In this document: one piece after another, positions 21,406 through 30,030 of the stretch | How positions within the stretch are numbered: position 1 is the first letter of the stretch | How the letters are laid out: every line of letters begins with the position of its first letter | Origin: Bryobacteraceae bacterium | Lineage (GTDB): Bacteria > Acidobacteriota > Terriglobia > Bryobacterales > Bryobacteraceae | DNA: 61,259 nucleotides | Direction: 5' to 3' | Assembly (NCBI GenBank): GCA_035561355.1 | Contig: DATMXS010000269.1 | Location: 1-61,259 of the forward strand | The notes under the pieces: model-generated | Database searches by the model: none | What the model was told of the DNA's origin: nothing | What the model saw: only the letters and a program-made list of their open reading frames with translations | Program-made: the position numbers and the translations under genes

Positions 21406-22272
21406 TTGAACAACGTGAAGACAGTGCTGCTGCTTGGCGCCTTGAGTGGCTTGCTACTTGCCGGCGGAGAGTTTGTCGGCGGGCGGAGCGGCCTCTACCT
21501 GGGCCTCGGTCTTGCGGTGGCGATGAACTTCGCGAGCTACTTCTTCTCGGATAAGATCGCCCTCAGGATGTACAGTGCCCAGCCGGTGTCGGAGACCCAG
21601 AATTGGGAGGTGTGGCGTCGGATCGGGCCGATGGTCCAGAGCCTTACGCAACGCGCGGGCCTGCCCATGCCGAAGCTCTGGGTGATCCCTGAGCAGAGCC
21701 CGAACGCATTCGCGACGGGCCGCGATCCGAACCATGCGTCGGTTGCAGTCACAGCGGGCATACTCGAGCTCATGAATGACCAGGAGCTCGAAGGCGTGCT
21801 CGCTCATGAGTTGGGGCACGTTCGCAATCGCGACATCCTGATCAGCTCGGTCGCCGCTACGGTGGCGGCTGCAATTACTTTTTTGGCGCGAATGGCCATG
21901 TTCTCAGGTCTTGGCGGCCGACGCGATGACGACGAGGAGGGTGGAGGAGCATTCGGGATGCTCTTCATGATGATCCTTGCGCCGATTGCTGCGATGATGA
22001 TCCAGATGGCGATCTCGCGCACCAGGGAGTACGCTGCGGACGCGGCCGCTGCGAAGTTCACCGGCAATCCGTTGAGCCTGGCGAATGGACTCCGGAAGCT
22101 GGAGGGCTGGTCAAAACGCATCCCGATGGACGCCTCGCCCGCTACTGCTCACATGTTCATCGTCAAGCCTGCTATCGGACACTTTCTCGGCAATCTATTC
22201 TCGACTCACCCGCCGACGGCGGAGAGAATCGCCCGCCTCGAGGCGCTTGCGGTTCCCAGGCCGATCCGTTGA
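21406..22272 (+). CDS. htpX: zinc metalloprotease HtpX (M48), TTG start
   Basis: HELGHVRNRD is the HEXXH motif. Two N-terminal TM helices plus later hydrophobic segments are present. AAGGAG SD 9 nt upstream of TTG 21406. Confidence 0.88.
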   Translation: MNNVKTVLLLGALSGLLLAGGEFVGGRSGLYLGLGLAVAMNFASYFFSDKIALRMYSAQPVSETQNWEVWRRIGPMVQSLTQRAGLPMPKLWVIPEQSPNAFATGRDPNHASVAVTAGILELMNDQELEGVLAHELGHVRNRDILISSVAATVAAAITFLARMAMFSGLGGRRDDDEEGGGAFGMLFMMILAPIAAMMIQMAISRTREYAADAAAAKFTGNPLSLANGLRKLEGWSKRIPMDASPATAHMFIVKPAIGHFLGNLFSTHPPTAERIARLEALAVPRPIR

Positions 22273-23441
22273 GCGATTTACCGGTCGTTCGCATCAGCCG
22301 GAAGGGAGCGGATCGCATCCTTTCCGGCCACCCCTGGATCTTCTCGTCCGACGTCATCGACCGTGGAAAGGCCACGCCGGGAGCCGCCGTGGCAGTGGTG
22401 GACCACCGCGGCAAGCCCCTCGGGACGGCACATTTCAGTTCAGCGTCCCAAATCTGCCTCCGGTTTCTGAGCCATAGCGTGGAGCCGGCCGGGCGTGAAT
22501 TCTTCCGCCGCCGAATCGAGGCCGCCGAGACGCACCGTAAGCGAGTCGTGAAGGAGTCGGACGCTTACCGCCTGGTTCACGGCGAGGGCGACCTGCTTCC
22601 AGCGCTCATCATCGACCGTTACGCCGATACCTTTGTCATCCAGACCCTCGATCAGGGCATGGACCGTGCCAAGGCGGACATCGCCGCCGTGCTGCAAGAG
22701 TCGTTTTCCCCTCGCGCGATCATCGAGCGCAACGACGCTGCCGTCCGGAAGCGGGAGGATCTGCCGCTGGTCAGCGGCGTTTTGGCAGGCCAGGATCCTG
22801 GAGCCGTTCCGATCCAGATGAACGGTTTGCGGCTCCAGGCCGACTTGCTGCATGGCCAGAAGACCGGTGTTTATCTGGATCAGCGAGAGAATTACCTGGC
22901 TGCCCGCAACCACGCCCGCGGGCGCGCCCTGGATTGCTTTACCTCCACTGGGGGGTTCGCCCTTCACATCGCCCGGTGCTGCGAACGCGTGGAAGGGATC
23001 GACAGTTCCGCAGTGGCGCTCGAGACGGCCGCACAGAACGCTTCGGAAAACAGCATCGCAAATGTCGAGTGGCGCGAGGCGAACGTGTTTGATTTTCTGA
23101 CGGGGTTACGGCTCGCCAGCGCCAGGCGGTTCTCGACGATCGTCCTTGACCCACCGGCTTTTGCCAAGTCGCGGTCCGCCATTGAGGATGCGGCGCGCGG
23201 CTACAAGGAACTCAACCTCAGGGCGATGCAGTTGCTCGAGCCAGGCGGCGTGCTCATTACCTGCTCCTGTTCGCACCACTTCAGCGAGCCGATGTTCGCG
23301 GACACGGTCGCGGCAGCCGCGGTTGACACGGGACGAACGGTACGAGTCCTGGAGCGCCGTACACAGGCGCAGGATCACCCGATTTTGTTGACAGTTCCCG
23401 AAACCATGTACCTGAAGTGCTTCATCCTTCAGGTGCTTTGA
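22269..23441 (+). CDS. class I SAM-dependent rRNA (m5C) methyltransferase, RlmI/RlmK-like (PUA + MTase)
   Basis: 390 aa. N-terminal PUA-like region reads VRISRKGADRILSGHPWIF. MTase core includes LDCFTSTGGFALHIAR and DPPAF. 4-nt overlap with htpX. Confidence 0.8.
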   Translation: MSDLPVVRISRKGADRILSGHPWIFSSDVIDRGKATPGAAVAVVDHRGKPLGTAHFSSASQICLRFLSHSVEPAGREFFRRRIEAAETHRKRVVKESDAYRLVHGEGDLLPALIIDRYADTFVIQTLDQGMDRAKADIAAVLQESFSPRAIIERNDAAVRKREDLPLVSGVLAGQDPGAVPIQMNGLRLQADLLHGQKTGVYLDQRENYLAARNHARGRALDCFTSTGGFALHIARCCERVEGIDSSAVALETAAQNASENSIANVEWREANVFDFLTGLRLASARRFSTIVLDPPAFAKSRSAIEDAARGYKELNLRAMQLLEPGGVLITCSCSHHFSEPMFADTVAAAAVDTGRTVRVLERRTQAQDHPILLTVPETMYLKCFILQVL

Positions 23442-23773
23442 GATAGCCGATCGATCTTCGCGGCCAGAATAAAGTCGCTCTCGCTGAGGCCGTTGATCTT
23501 GTGGGTGAAGAGCTTTACCCTGACCTCACCCCAAGTGAGGAAAAGATCGGGGTGGTGTCCCTGCTCCTCGGCGACTTCACCGATCCGGTTGACAAAGGCG
23601 AGCGCTTTCGCGAAGTCCGGGAACTCGTAACGGCGCTCGATGTGATGTCCGTCGATCACCTGCCAACCGGGCACCTGGCGGGCGAACCCGGCAAGCTTCT
23701 CACCTTCCAGGGGCGGTACGCCGCCCCTGCATGGAACACACTGGCGATCGGCCAGCTCACACATTTCGTTCAT
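23429..23773 (-). CDS. phhB: pterin-4a-carbinolamine dehydratase (PCD/DCoH)
   Basis: Internal Met of ORF 23429..24049. The GEVAEEQGHHPDLFLTWGEVRVKLFTHKINGLSESDFILAAKID motif is diagnostic for PCD. Confidence 0.85.
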   Translation of the reverse strand: MNEMCELADRQCVPCRGGVPPLEGEKLAGFARQVPGWQVIDGHHIERRYEFPDFAKALAFVNRIGEVAEEQGHHPDLFLTWGEVRVKLFTHKINGLSESDFILAAKIDRLSQST

Positions 23774-23777
23774 TACG

Positions 23778-25823
23778 TTATCTCCGCTGGGCCGGTTTGG
23801 GGGACTCGTGCGCCAGCCGGACGCGCGCGCCCTCGAGTTTCTTGTTGACCTTGGCCACCTCGGTAGCGTCGTAATCGGCTTTCGGGGAAGCCTCCCATTC
23901 CTTGAGCGAACGCTCCCACTGGGCGATTGCATCCTTGAGCTTTCCCTGTTTCGCGTACACGTCTGCGAGGTGATCATAGACCACTGGGTCGCGCGAACTG
24001 CGGGAGATCGCAGCCAGGAGATTTTCTTCGGCCTCGGCATACCGGCCAAGGCGGAAGTTCGCCCATCCGAGGCTGTCGAGAAAGGCGCCGTTAGTCGGAT
24101 CCAACTCGAGCGCCCGGCTGATCAGCTTGTGCGCTTCGTCCAGCCGCCGGTTCTGGTCCGCCAACATGTAGCCCAGGTAGTTCAACGCGGAGGCGTTCTC
24201 CGGATTGATCTTCAGCACCTTGCGGAATTCCGTTTCCGACTTCTCGAACTGCTTCTGCTTCTCGTACATTGCCCCGCGCATGAACAGCACGGTTTCCTTC
24301 TCGTCGTCGGAAGCGGAGAGCTTTTCCGCGGCGTCGAGCGAGGCCGCCATTTCGTTGTACCGCTTGGCCTTGTCGTAAACCTGGGCGAGCGCGAGGTGCG
24401 TCTCGCGGTCATCCTTGCCGCCCAAAACTTTCCGCAGAGACTCGATCGCGTCATCTGTGCGGCCCACATCCGCCAGGAGTTGGGCGCGAACCAAACGGAC
24501 CGTCCGGTTGTCAGGATACTTTTGAATCGCCGCGTCGGCCACCTGCTGCGCCTTCGTCAACTCCTTGGCTTGGCGCCATGTGTCGATAATTTGCGCGGCC
24601 GAGCGAGCGCCCGAGTCCGGATCCAACTGCGGCATCTGCTCGAAAATCTGCACGGCTTCACCGTACTGTTCGTTTGCGCGGTACAGGAGACCCAGCCGCT
24701 CGACCAGAATCAGGCGGTTTGCCTGCTCCGGCGTAGCGTACGTCTTCCTCTCCGTGCTGCTGAGGATGTTCTTGAGCGCCGTGATCGCTTCGGCGTACTT
24801 GCCCTCCGCCTCGAGCAGGTTCACGTCGTTGTACCGGATCTCGAGGTTGTCTGGGGCCAACTCGAGCGCGCGCCTCTGGGCGTCGCGAGCCTTCACGAAA
24901 TCGCGCTTCTGGCGATAGATCTGCGAAAGCCTCACCCAGAGCTGCGCGTCTTTCGGGTCGGTGGCCGCCAACTCCGTATAGAGCTTCAGGGCGCCTTCGG
25001 CGTCGTCAGAAAGCAACAGGTCCTCGGCAAGGTTCTTCTTGATTTCGGGATTCTTCGGGTCGAGTTCCATGGCCCGCTTGAGCGCATTCGCGGCATTCCG
25101 GTAATCCCGGGCCTGTTCGTAGGCGTTTGCGAGCGCACGCAGTTTGCGCGGATCGGGATTCGAGTCCGAGAGACGGCGCCACATCTCAAGGGCGCGCGTG
25201 TTATCTCCCAAGTCGGAATACACGAGAGCCAAACCCGTAAGCGCGAACTCATTGTTGGGTTCGATCTCGAGCGCCTTCTTGTACGCCTTCTCGGATTCCA
25301 CGGAGTCCTGGCCGATCTTGCTCAGGCGGCCGATCATGAGCCAGGAATCGAGGTCCTTCTCGTCCTTGGCGACGATCTTCTGGTATTGCTCGATCGCGCT
25401 CCGGAGCATGTTTTCGTCGATGCGGCCCTGCTGCTGATTGCCGATCATGCGCGAGTAGATCCGGCCGAGCATGCGGCGTGCGTCGAGATTTTCAGGGTCG
25501 CGCTTCAGCATGTCTTCGGCCTCGAGGACGGCGTCACGGAGCTTGCCGGCCTGCATGTAGAGGTCGGTCAGTTCCTCGCTGAGGAAGCCCGCGCTCGGGT
25601 CGGCCTGCATCGCGGCTTTGTAGTGCTGAATGGCCTTATCGACGTACTCGGAACGGTAGCCGTACGAGGCCGCCAGTTCAGCGTACATGTGCCCCATGGC
25701 GAAGTTGTAGTAAGCCGTCGCCCTGGGATCCTGAGGCTCAGCCGGTTTTGCGGCCGGCTGTTGGGCGAGGAGCGCCGCTGACAAACTTAGGGAAATGAGA
25801 GCGGAATAGAAGCAGCGTCTCAT
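23778..25823 (-). CDS. secreted tetratricopeptide-repeat protein (~680 aa, >12 TPR units)
   Basis: Start at the internal Met giving signal peptide MRRCFYSALISLSLSAALLAQQP. Repeated A..Y..A...(D)P.N TPR signatures run through the protein. Confidence 0.8.
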   Translation of the reverse strand: MRRCFYSALISLSLSAALLAQQPAAKPAEPQDPRATAYYNFAMGHMYAELAASYGYRSEYVDKAIQHYKAAMQADPSAGFLSEELTDLYMQAGKLRDAVLEAEDMLKRDPENLDARRMLGRIYSRMIGNQQQGRIDENMLRSAIEQYQKIVAKDEKDLDSWLMIGRLSKIGQDSVESEKAYKKALEIEPNNEFALTGLALVYSDLGDNTRALEMWRRLSDSNPDPRKLRALANAYEQARDYRNAANALKRAMELDPKNPEIKKNLAEDLLLSDDAEGALKLYTELAATDPKDAQLWVRLSQIYRQKRDFVKARDAQRRALELAPDNLEIRYNDVNLLEAEGKYAEAITALKNILSSTERKTYATPEQANRLILVERLGLLYRANEQYGEAVQIFEQMPQLDPDSGARSAAQIIDTWRQAKELTKAQQVADAAIQKYPDNRTVRLVRAQLLADVGRTDDAIESLRKVLGGKDDRETHLALAQVYDKAKRYNEMAASLDAAEKLSASDDEKETVLFMRGAMYEKQKQFEKSETEFRKVLKINPENASALNYLGYMLADQNRRLDEAHKLISRALELDPTNGAFLDSLGWANFRLGRYAEAEENLLAAISRSSRDPVVYDHLADVYAKQGKLKDAIAQWERSLKEWEASPKADYDATEVAKVNKKLEGARVRLAHESPKPAQRR

Positions 25824-25894
25824 CGCGATTCTGAACCCTCCATGGGATGCACTACCCCTGCGCGGCTCGTGCGGCTCTTCATACAGTATAGAAG

Positions 25895-26848
25895 ATGACG
25901 TTTGAAGCGGATCCGATCGTTGCAATTGTCGGCCCTACCGGCTCGGGAAAGAGCGACCTCGCGTTGCGTATCGCACGCGAGTTCTCGGGTGAGGTCGTCA
26001 ACTGCGACTCCCTTCAGGTCTACCGTTCCTTCAATATCGGCACGGCGAAACTGCCGCCCGCCGAGCGCCAAGGTGTACCCCATCACTTAATAGACGTGCT
26101 CGACCCGCAGGAGGTGTTTACCGCAGGCGAATACGCCCGGTGGGCGCGGATCGCGATTGCCGGAATCGCCGGCCGCGGGCACCTCCCGGTGGTGGCAGGC
26201 GGCACGGGGTTCTATCTCCGCGCGCTTCTCGAAGGGCTTTTCCCGGGACCGAAGCGGAATGAGCGCCTACGCGCCAGCCTCGCGCGCCGCGAATCGCGCT
26301 ATCCCGGCTGGCTGCACCGGTTTCTCGCGCGGTATGACCCTGCCTCCGCGGTTCGCATCCACACCTCCGATGTCCAGAAGCTCATCCGGGCATGCGAAAT
26401 CCTACTGATCGAGCGCCGTCCCCTCACCGAGTTGTTCAATCAGGGTAGGGATAGGCTCGAGGGCTACCGGACACTCAAGCTCGGAATCGACCCGCCACGC
26501 GAGGCTCTGTATGGCCGAATCAATGCCCGCTGTGAACGCATGTTCGGTTCCGGACTCATTGAAGAAGTGCAAGGTATTCTTTCCGCAGGCCATCCCCCTA
26601 CATCAAAGCCATTCGGCTCAGTCGGTTACAAAGAGGCGCTCGCGCTCGTGCGTGGAGAACTCGACTTGGCTGCAGCGGTCGAACTGGCGCAGCGCAGCAC
26701 CCGCCGTTACTCGAAACGCCAGCAGACCTGGTTCCGCAGAGATCCGGAGATCGTGTGGCTAAAGGGCTTTGGCGGCGATCCTGCTGTCGAGCGAGCCGCT
26801 TTGGAGCTCGTCCACGCGTTCCTTAAAGGGGTTCAACGAATCGCATAA
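25895..26848 (+). CDS. miaA: tRNA dimethylallyltransferase
   Basis: P-loop GPTGSGKS and the NCDSLQVYRSFNIGTAKLPPAE motif. 317 aa. Confidence 0.92.
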   Translation: MTFEADPIVAIVGPTGSGKSDLALRIAREFSGEVVNCDSLQVYRSFNIGTAKLPPAERQGVPHHLIDVLDPQEVFTAGEYARWARIAIAGIAGRGHLPVVAGGTGFYLRALLEGLFPGPKRNERLRASLARRESRYPGWLHRFLARYDPASAVRIHTSDVQKLIRACEILLIERRPLTELFNQGRDRLEGYRTLKLGIDPPREALYGRINARCERMFGSGLIEEVQGILSAGHPPTSKPFGSVGYKEALALVRGELDLAAAVELAQRSTRRYSKRQQTWFRRDPEIVWLKGFGGDPAVERAALELVHAFLKGVQRIA

Positions 26849-27141
26849 CGGGACGAAGGGTGCCAGGGGCGAGCAGCCCGGGATCCGTGGCGCGCCCGCA
26901 ACCGATTCGCAAAGTGCAGAACCGCGTTTGGCGAGGCTCGTGCATGATATAAATCGCCTTCACGATGCGGGTAGCACCACCGCTTAGAGGGGGTGCCCAG
27001 AAAATCTTATCTAAAACTCTGAAAATTGGGGTGGCGGCGGAACATTTTCGTCCCGGCGTCGTCTGTACATTTCGGGCCTACCAGCCTGAAATTGACGTAC
27101 CACAACAAATTGAGAACCAACCGGTTCAGGAGCTAAATAAA

Positions 27142-27456
27142 ATGAAGAGATTCGCATTCGTTTTCGTTGTACTCGCGCTAGCTGTTGCGAGTGCGAAGAC
27201 GTACTCCGTGACGCTGTTCCAGCCCTCCATGGTGGGCGGAACCGAACTCCAGCCGGGCGACTATAAGGTCGACGTGCAGGACGCAAAAGTCGTCATTAAG
27301 AGCGGGAAGACGTCCGTGGAGAGCGCCGTGACGGTTGAGACGGGCGATCAGAAGTTCAACGCCACCTCCGTGCGCTACACCAACGGTGACGGCAAGTACC
27401 GCGTCCAGGAGATCCGGTTGGGCGGCACGAACACCAAGCTGGTGTTTGAGAAGTAG
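27142..27456 (+). CDS. small secreted hypothetical protein (104 aa, beta-rich)
   Basis: AGGAG SD at 27129-27133. Signal peptide MKRFAFVFVVLALAVASA. Start is internal to ORF 26965..27456. Confidence 0.65.
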   Translation: MKRFAFVFVVLALAVASAKTYSVTLFQPSMVGGTELQPGDYKVDVQDAKVVIKSGKTSVESAVTVETGDQKFNATSVRYTNGDGKYRVQEIRLGGTNTKLVFEK

Positions 27457-27482
27457 CTGCTGAGGATCCAGAGATTCAAAGT

Positions 27483-27517
27483 GGGCCGCCCGGGAACCAC
27501 GAGCCCCGGGCGGCCCC
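27483..27517 (+). terminator. GC-rich hairpin after the small secreted protein gene (terminator-like, no U tract)
   Basis: GGGCCGCCCGGG-aaccacgag-CCCCGGGCGGCCCC. Confidence 0.35.
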
Positions 27518-27554
27518 GGTAATGGCCTTACACTCCAACCAAAGCGAAGAAGGT

Positions 27555-27584
27555 GGTCCCTCAGACCCCTAACCCGGAGGGACC
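27555..27584 (+). promoter_or_regulatory. 5'-leader hairpin GGTCCCTC-N13-GAGGGACC whose 3' arm can pair with a second GGTCCCTCC copy in the first codons of the downstream gene
   Basis: ggtggtccctc occurs at 27552-27562 and ggtggtccctcc at 27613-27624 (codons 2-5). ggagggacc at 27576-27584 is the reverse complement. The downstream start 27609 has no adjacent SD. Confidence 0.35.
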
Positions 27585-27608
27585 CTGTTAGACTGGATAG
27601 TTCAGTCC

Positions 27609-28784
27609 ATGCGGTGGTCCCTCCTTCTACTTTTCTCCCTATATAGCGCGCTCCCCATATCAGCCGAACCGGTGCTGATTCTGCCGTTCTTCGGCCAATC
27701 TCCCGGCGCCAACGTCGATTGGATCTCGGAGAGCTTCGCGCACACCATCCAGGAGGCGCTCGTTGCACGCGGCATGCTGGTCCTGGACCGTGACGAGCGC
27801 GAGACGGTCTACCGGCGAATGTCGATCCGCCCGAATGCCCAGCTCACGCACGCGTCGGTAATCAAGATCGGGGAGGCGCTCGATGCATCCGAGGTCGTTT
27901 TCGGCACTTACGAGTTGGTCCCCGCCGAAGGAACCCGAGGGACGCTTCGAATTACCGCCGACGTATTGGACATGAAGCGGATGCGCCGCGCCGTGCAGTT
28001 GGTGGATTCCGGTCCCCTGGAGGATTTGGCCTCCATCCAGAACCGCATGGCCTGGAAGGTTCTGAAAGAGCTGGCCCCCGATAGAGCTCCATCGCAGGCG
28101 GAGTTTCTCCGGGAGCAGCCTCTTGTCCGCCTGGACGCAATGGAGAATTACACGCGTGGACTTCTGGCCGCGAATGACGAGCAGAAGCACCGCTATCTAA
28201 CGCAAGCCGCGCGCCTTGACGAGCGTTTCTCCGAGCCGAGCTACGAACTCGGGCGGATGCACTGGCAGAAAAAGGACTACCGGCTTGCTGCCACGTGGCT
28301 CGCGCGCGTGAAGCCGAACGCGCCGCGTTACCTTGAAGCCAGCTTCCTGCTCGGCCTATGCCGGTACTACACGTCGGACTTCGCGGGCGCCCAGGCCTCG
28401 TTCGAAGTGGTGGTAGCGTCCGTGCCGTTAAACGAGGTGTTCAACAACCTGGGCGCCGCCCAATCCCGGCGTAACCGGCCCGAGGCGCTCGAGAACTTCA
28501 GCAAGGCGCTCGAAGGGGACACGGCGGATCCCGACTACCACTTCAACGTCGGCGTGGCCCAGTGGAAGCAGTCCCGGTTCGAACAGGCTGCCGCCAGTTT
28601 TCGAGCGGTGTTGGACCGCGATCCCGAGGACGCTCAGGCCACGCTCCTGCTGGGGCTGTGCCTGAGCCGCAGCACCCCCACCGCCGCCGATGTCTCCGCC
28701 GGTTTCGAGCGCGTGAAAGTGAACTACGAGGAAGGCGCGTACCGCCAACTGAAGGCTGCACTCGAAGGGCTCAAGAAGCGCTAG
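27609..28784 (+). CDS. secreted TolB_N-like domain + TPR protein
   Basis: Signal peptide present. The N-domain PVLILPFFGQSPGANVDWISESFAHTIQEAL...IGEALDASEVVFGTYELV...LRITADVLD matches the TolB amino-terminal-like fold pattern. The C-terminal half has TPR-like repeats. Confidence 0.7.
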   Translation: MRWSLLLLFSLYSALPISAEPVLILPFFGQSPGANVDWISESFAHTIQEALVARGMLVLDRDERETVYRRMSIRPNAQLTHASVIKIGEALDASEVVFGTYELVPAEGTRGTLRITADVLDMKRMRRAVQLVDSGPLEDLASIQNRMAWKVLKELAPDRAPSQAEFLREQPLVRLDAMENYTRGLLAANDEQKHRYLTQAARLDERFSEPSYELGRMHWQKKDYRLAATWLARVKPNAPRYLEASFLLGLCRYYTSDFAGAQASFEVVVASVPLNEVFNNLGAAQSRRNRPEALENFSKALEGDTADPDYHFNVGVAQWKQSRFEQAAASFRAVLDRDPEDAQATLLLGLCLSRSTPTAADVSAGFERVKVNYEEGAYRQLKAALEGLKKR

Positions 28785-28912
28785 CCTCCCGAACAACCTG
28801 GGAAGAAGAGGGTTTTCTTTACCCGCTTACCGGCGTGCGCGGCTCGGATCGCCTCACGGCGTGCGCCTTTTCTATGAGAAATCCCGGGTGTAGTACGCAC
28901 TATCACCATGGG

Positions 28913-29485
28913 ATGATACTCACCTTGGGCATGGCGCTTCTGCTCGCCGCGCCGGTTTCGCTCATCCAGATTGAAGTCGTGTCGGGCGAGGGCGCTGTGC
29001 ATCCGGCGGGTGCGAAGACTTCAACAGGCCTTGCGGTCCGGGTGGTGGACAATACAGGCTCACCCGTTGCCGGCGCGTTGGTCAGTTTTCGCTTGCCGGA
29101 CGACGGTCCGGGCGGCGCCTTCGTGAGCGGTCTCGCCACCGAACTCGTCACTACCCGCGCCGACGGGCGCGCCGTCGCCCCGGCCGCACGCTGGAACGCC
29201 CTGCAAGGTCCGGTGGAGATCCGAGTTCTGGCTGCGAAGGACGATTTGCGCGCGGGCGCGGTGGTGCTGCAGCACCTTGCCGAACGGCCCGCAGGCACTG
29301 CTCCAGCGGTGGGCCGCAGCCGTTTCCGCAGCAAGTGGGCTTATCTGGCCGGCATTGCGGCCGCAGGCGCCGCCATCGGTTTTGTCGGCGGACGTGCATC
29401 CGGACCGCCTGCCGCAGCGGCACCCGGCGCGAGCGACACCGACCTCGACATCGGCGCCCCGACAGTGGTGATCGGCAAACCATGA
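28913..29485 (+). CDS. hypothetical membrane-anchored protein with Ig-like/CarbopepD_reg-like domain
   Basis: Start uncertain (ATG 28874 or 28913) within ORF 28562..29485. N-terminal hydrophobic segment, LAVRVVDNTGSPVAGALVSF beta-sandwich-like motif, C-terminal TM WAYLAGIAAAGAAIGFVGG. Confidence 0.5.
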   Translation: MILTLGMALLLAAPVSLIQIEVVSGEGAVHPAGAKTSTGLAVRVVDNTGSPVAGALVSFRLPDDGPGGAFVSGLATELVTTRADGRAVAPAARWNALQGPVEIRVLAAKDDLRAGAVVLQHLAERPAGTAPAVGRSRFRSKWAYLAGIAAAGAAIGFVGGRASGPPAAAAPGASDTDLDIGAPTVVIGKP

Positions 29486-30030
29486 AGACCAGAGTCACCC
29501 TCCTCTTTTTCGCTCTCTCCATCTGCGCCTTCGCCCAGATCCATGCACCGAGAATCGGTTGTTTCGTCGATCCGCAGCAGCGGTTGCGCACCGTCTACGG
29601 AGTGGCGGGGAGTTTTGTCGTCGGCGAACCCGAACGCGAGCACGTGCTTGCGGCTCTGTGCACTGCTACGCTCACGATCGTGAAAACCGCCGCCTCACTC
29701 GAAGTCAACGGCACGGTGTACGCGGCTCCAGAAGGCACGGCACTGATCCGCCGCGATGGTTACGTCTACTATTCCGCCAAGGATGAATGGGTGCTCGTTA
29801 CGGCGCGGTCAATTGAGGCCGTAGGCCCGCCCAAACCGCTCGAAGCGGAGGCGGCACTCGACGGCACGTTCGTCGTGATCGGGGGCAAGCGTATCGCACT
29901 GCCTGGGCTTGCGGCGTCGATGCAGGAGATCGGTTCGGGCTGGTACCGTGTCGTGCTTGAAGACGGTGCGCATGTTGTTGCCTCGATTACGCGAGGCTGC
30001 GTTTATCATCTGCCGGAGGTGGCCGAATGA
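29482..30030 (+). CDS. secreted hypothetical protein (182 aa)
   Basis: Signal peptide MKTRVTLLFFALSICAFAQ. ATGA overlap with the upstream gene stop. Internal start within ORF 29335..30030. Confidence 0.6.
   Translation: MKTRVTLLFFALSICAFAQIHAPRIGCFVDPQQRLRTVYGVAGSFVVGEPEREHVLAALCTATLTIVKTAASLEVNGTVYAAPEGTALIRRDGYVYYSAKDEWVLVTARSIEAVGPPKPLEAEAALDGTFVVIGGKRIALPGLAASMQEIGSGWYRVVLEDGAHVVASITRGCVYHLPEVAE

Noticed and set aside
23808-25781. 657-aa plus-strand ORF
   Set aside because: It is entirely antisense to the TPR protein gene, which has clear repeat structure and a signal peptide. The plus-strand product is low-complexity R/L/V-rich.
26849-27141. Possible tRNA or small RNA in the 290-nt gap after miaA
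   Set aside because: No T-loop (GGTTCGAATCC-like) or acceptor-stem complementarity was found. It contains only promoter-like AT-rich hexamers and the SD for the downstream gene.
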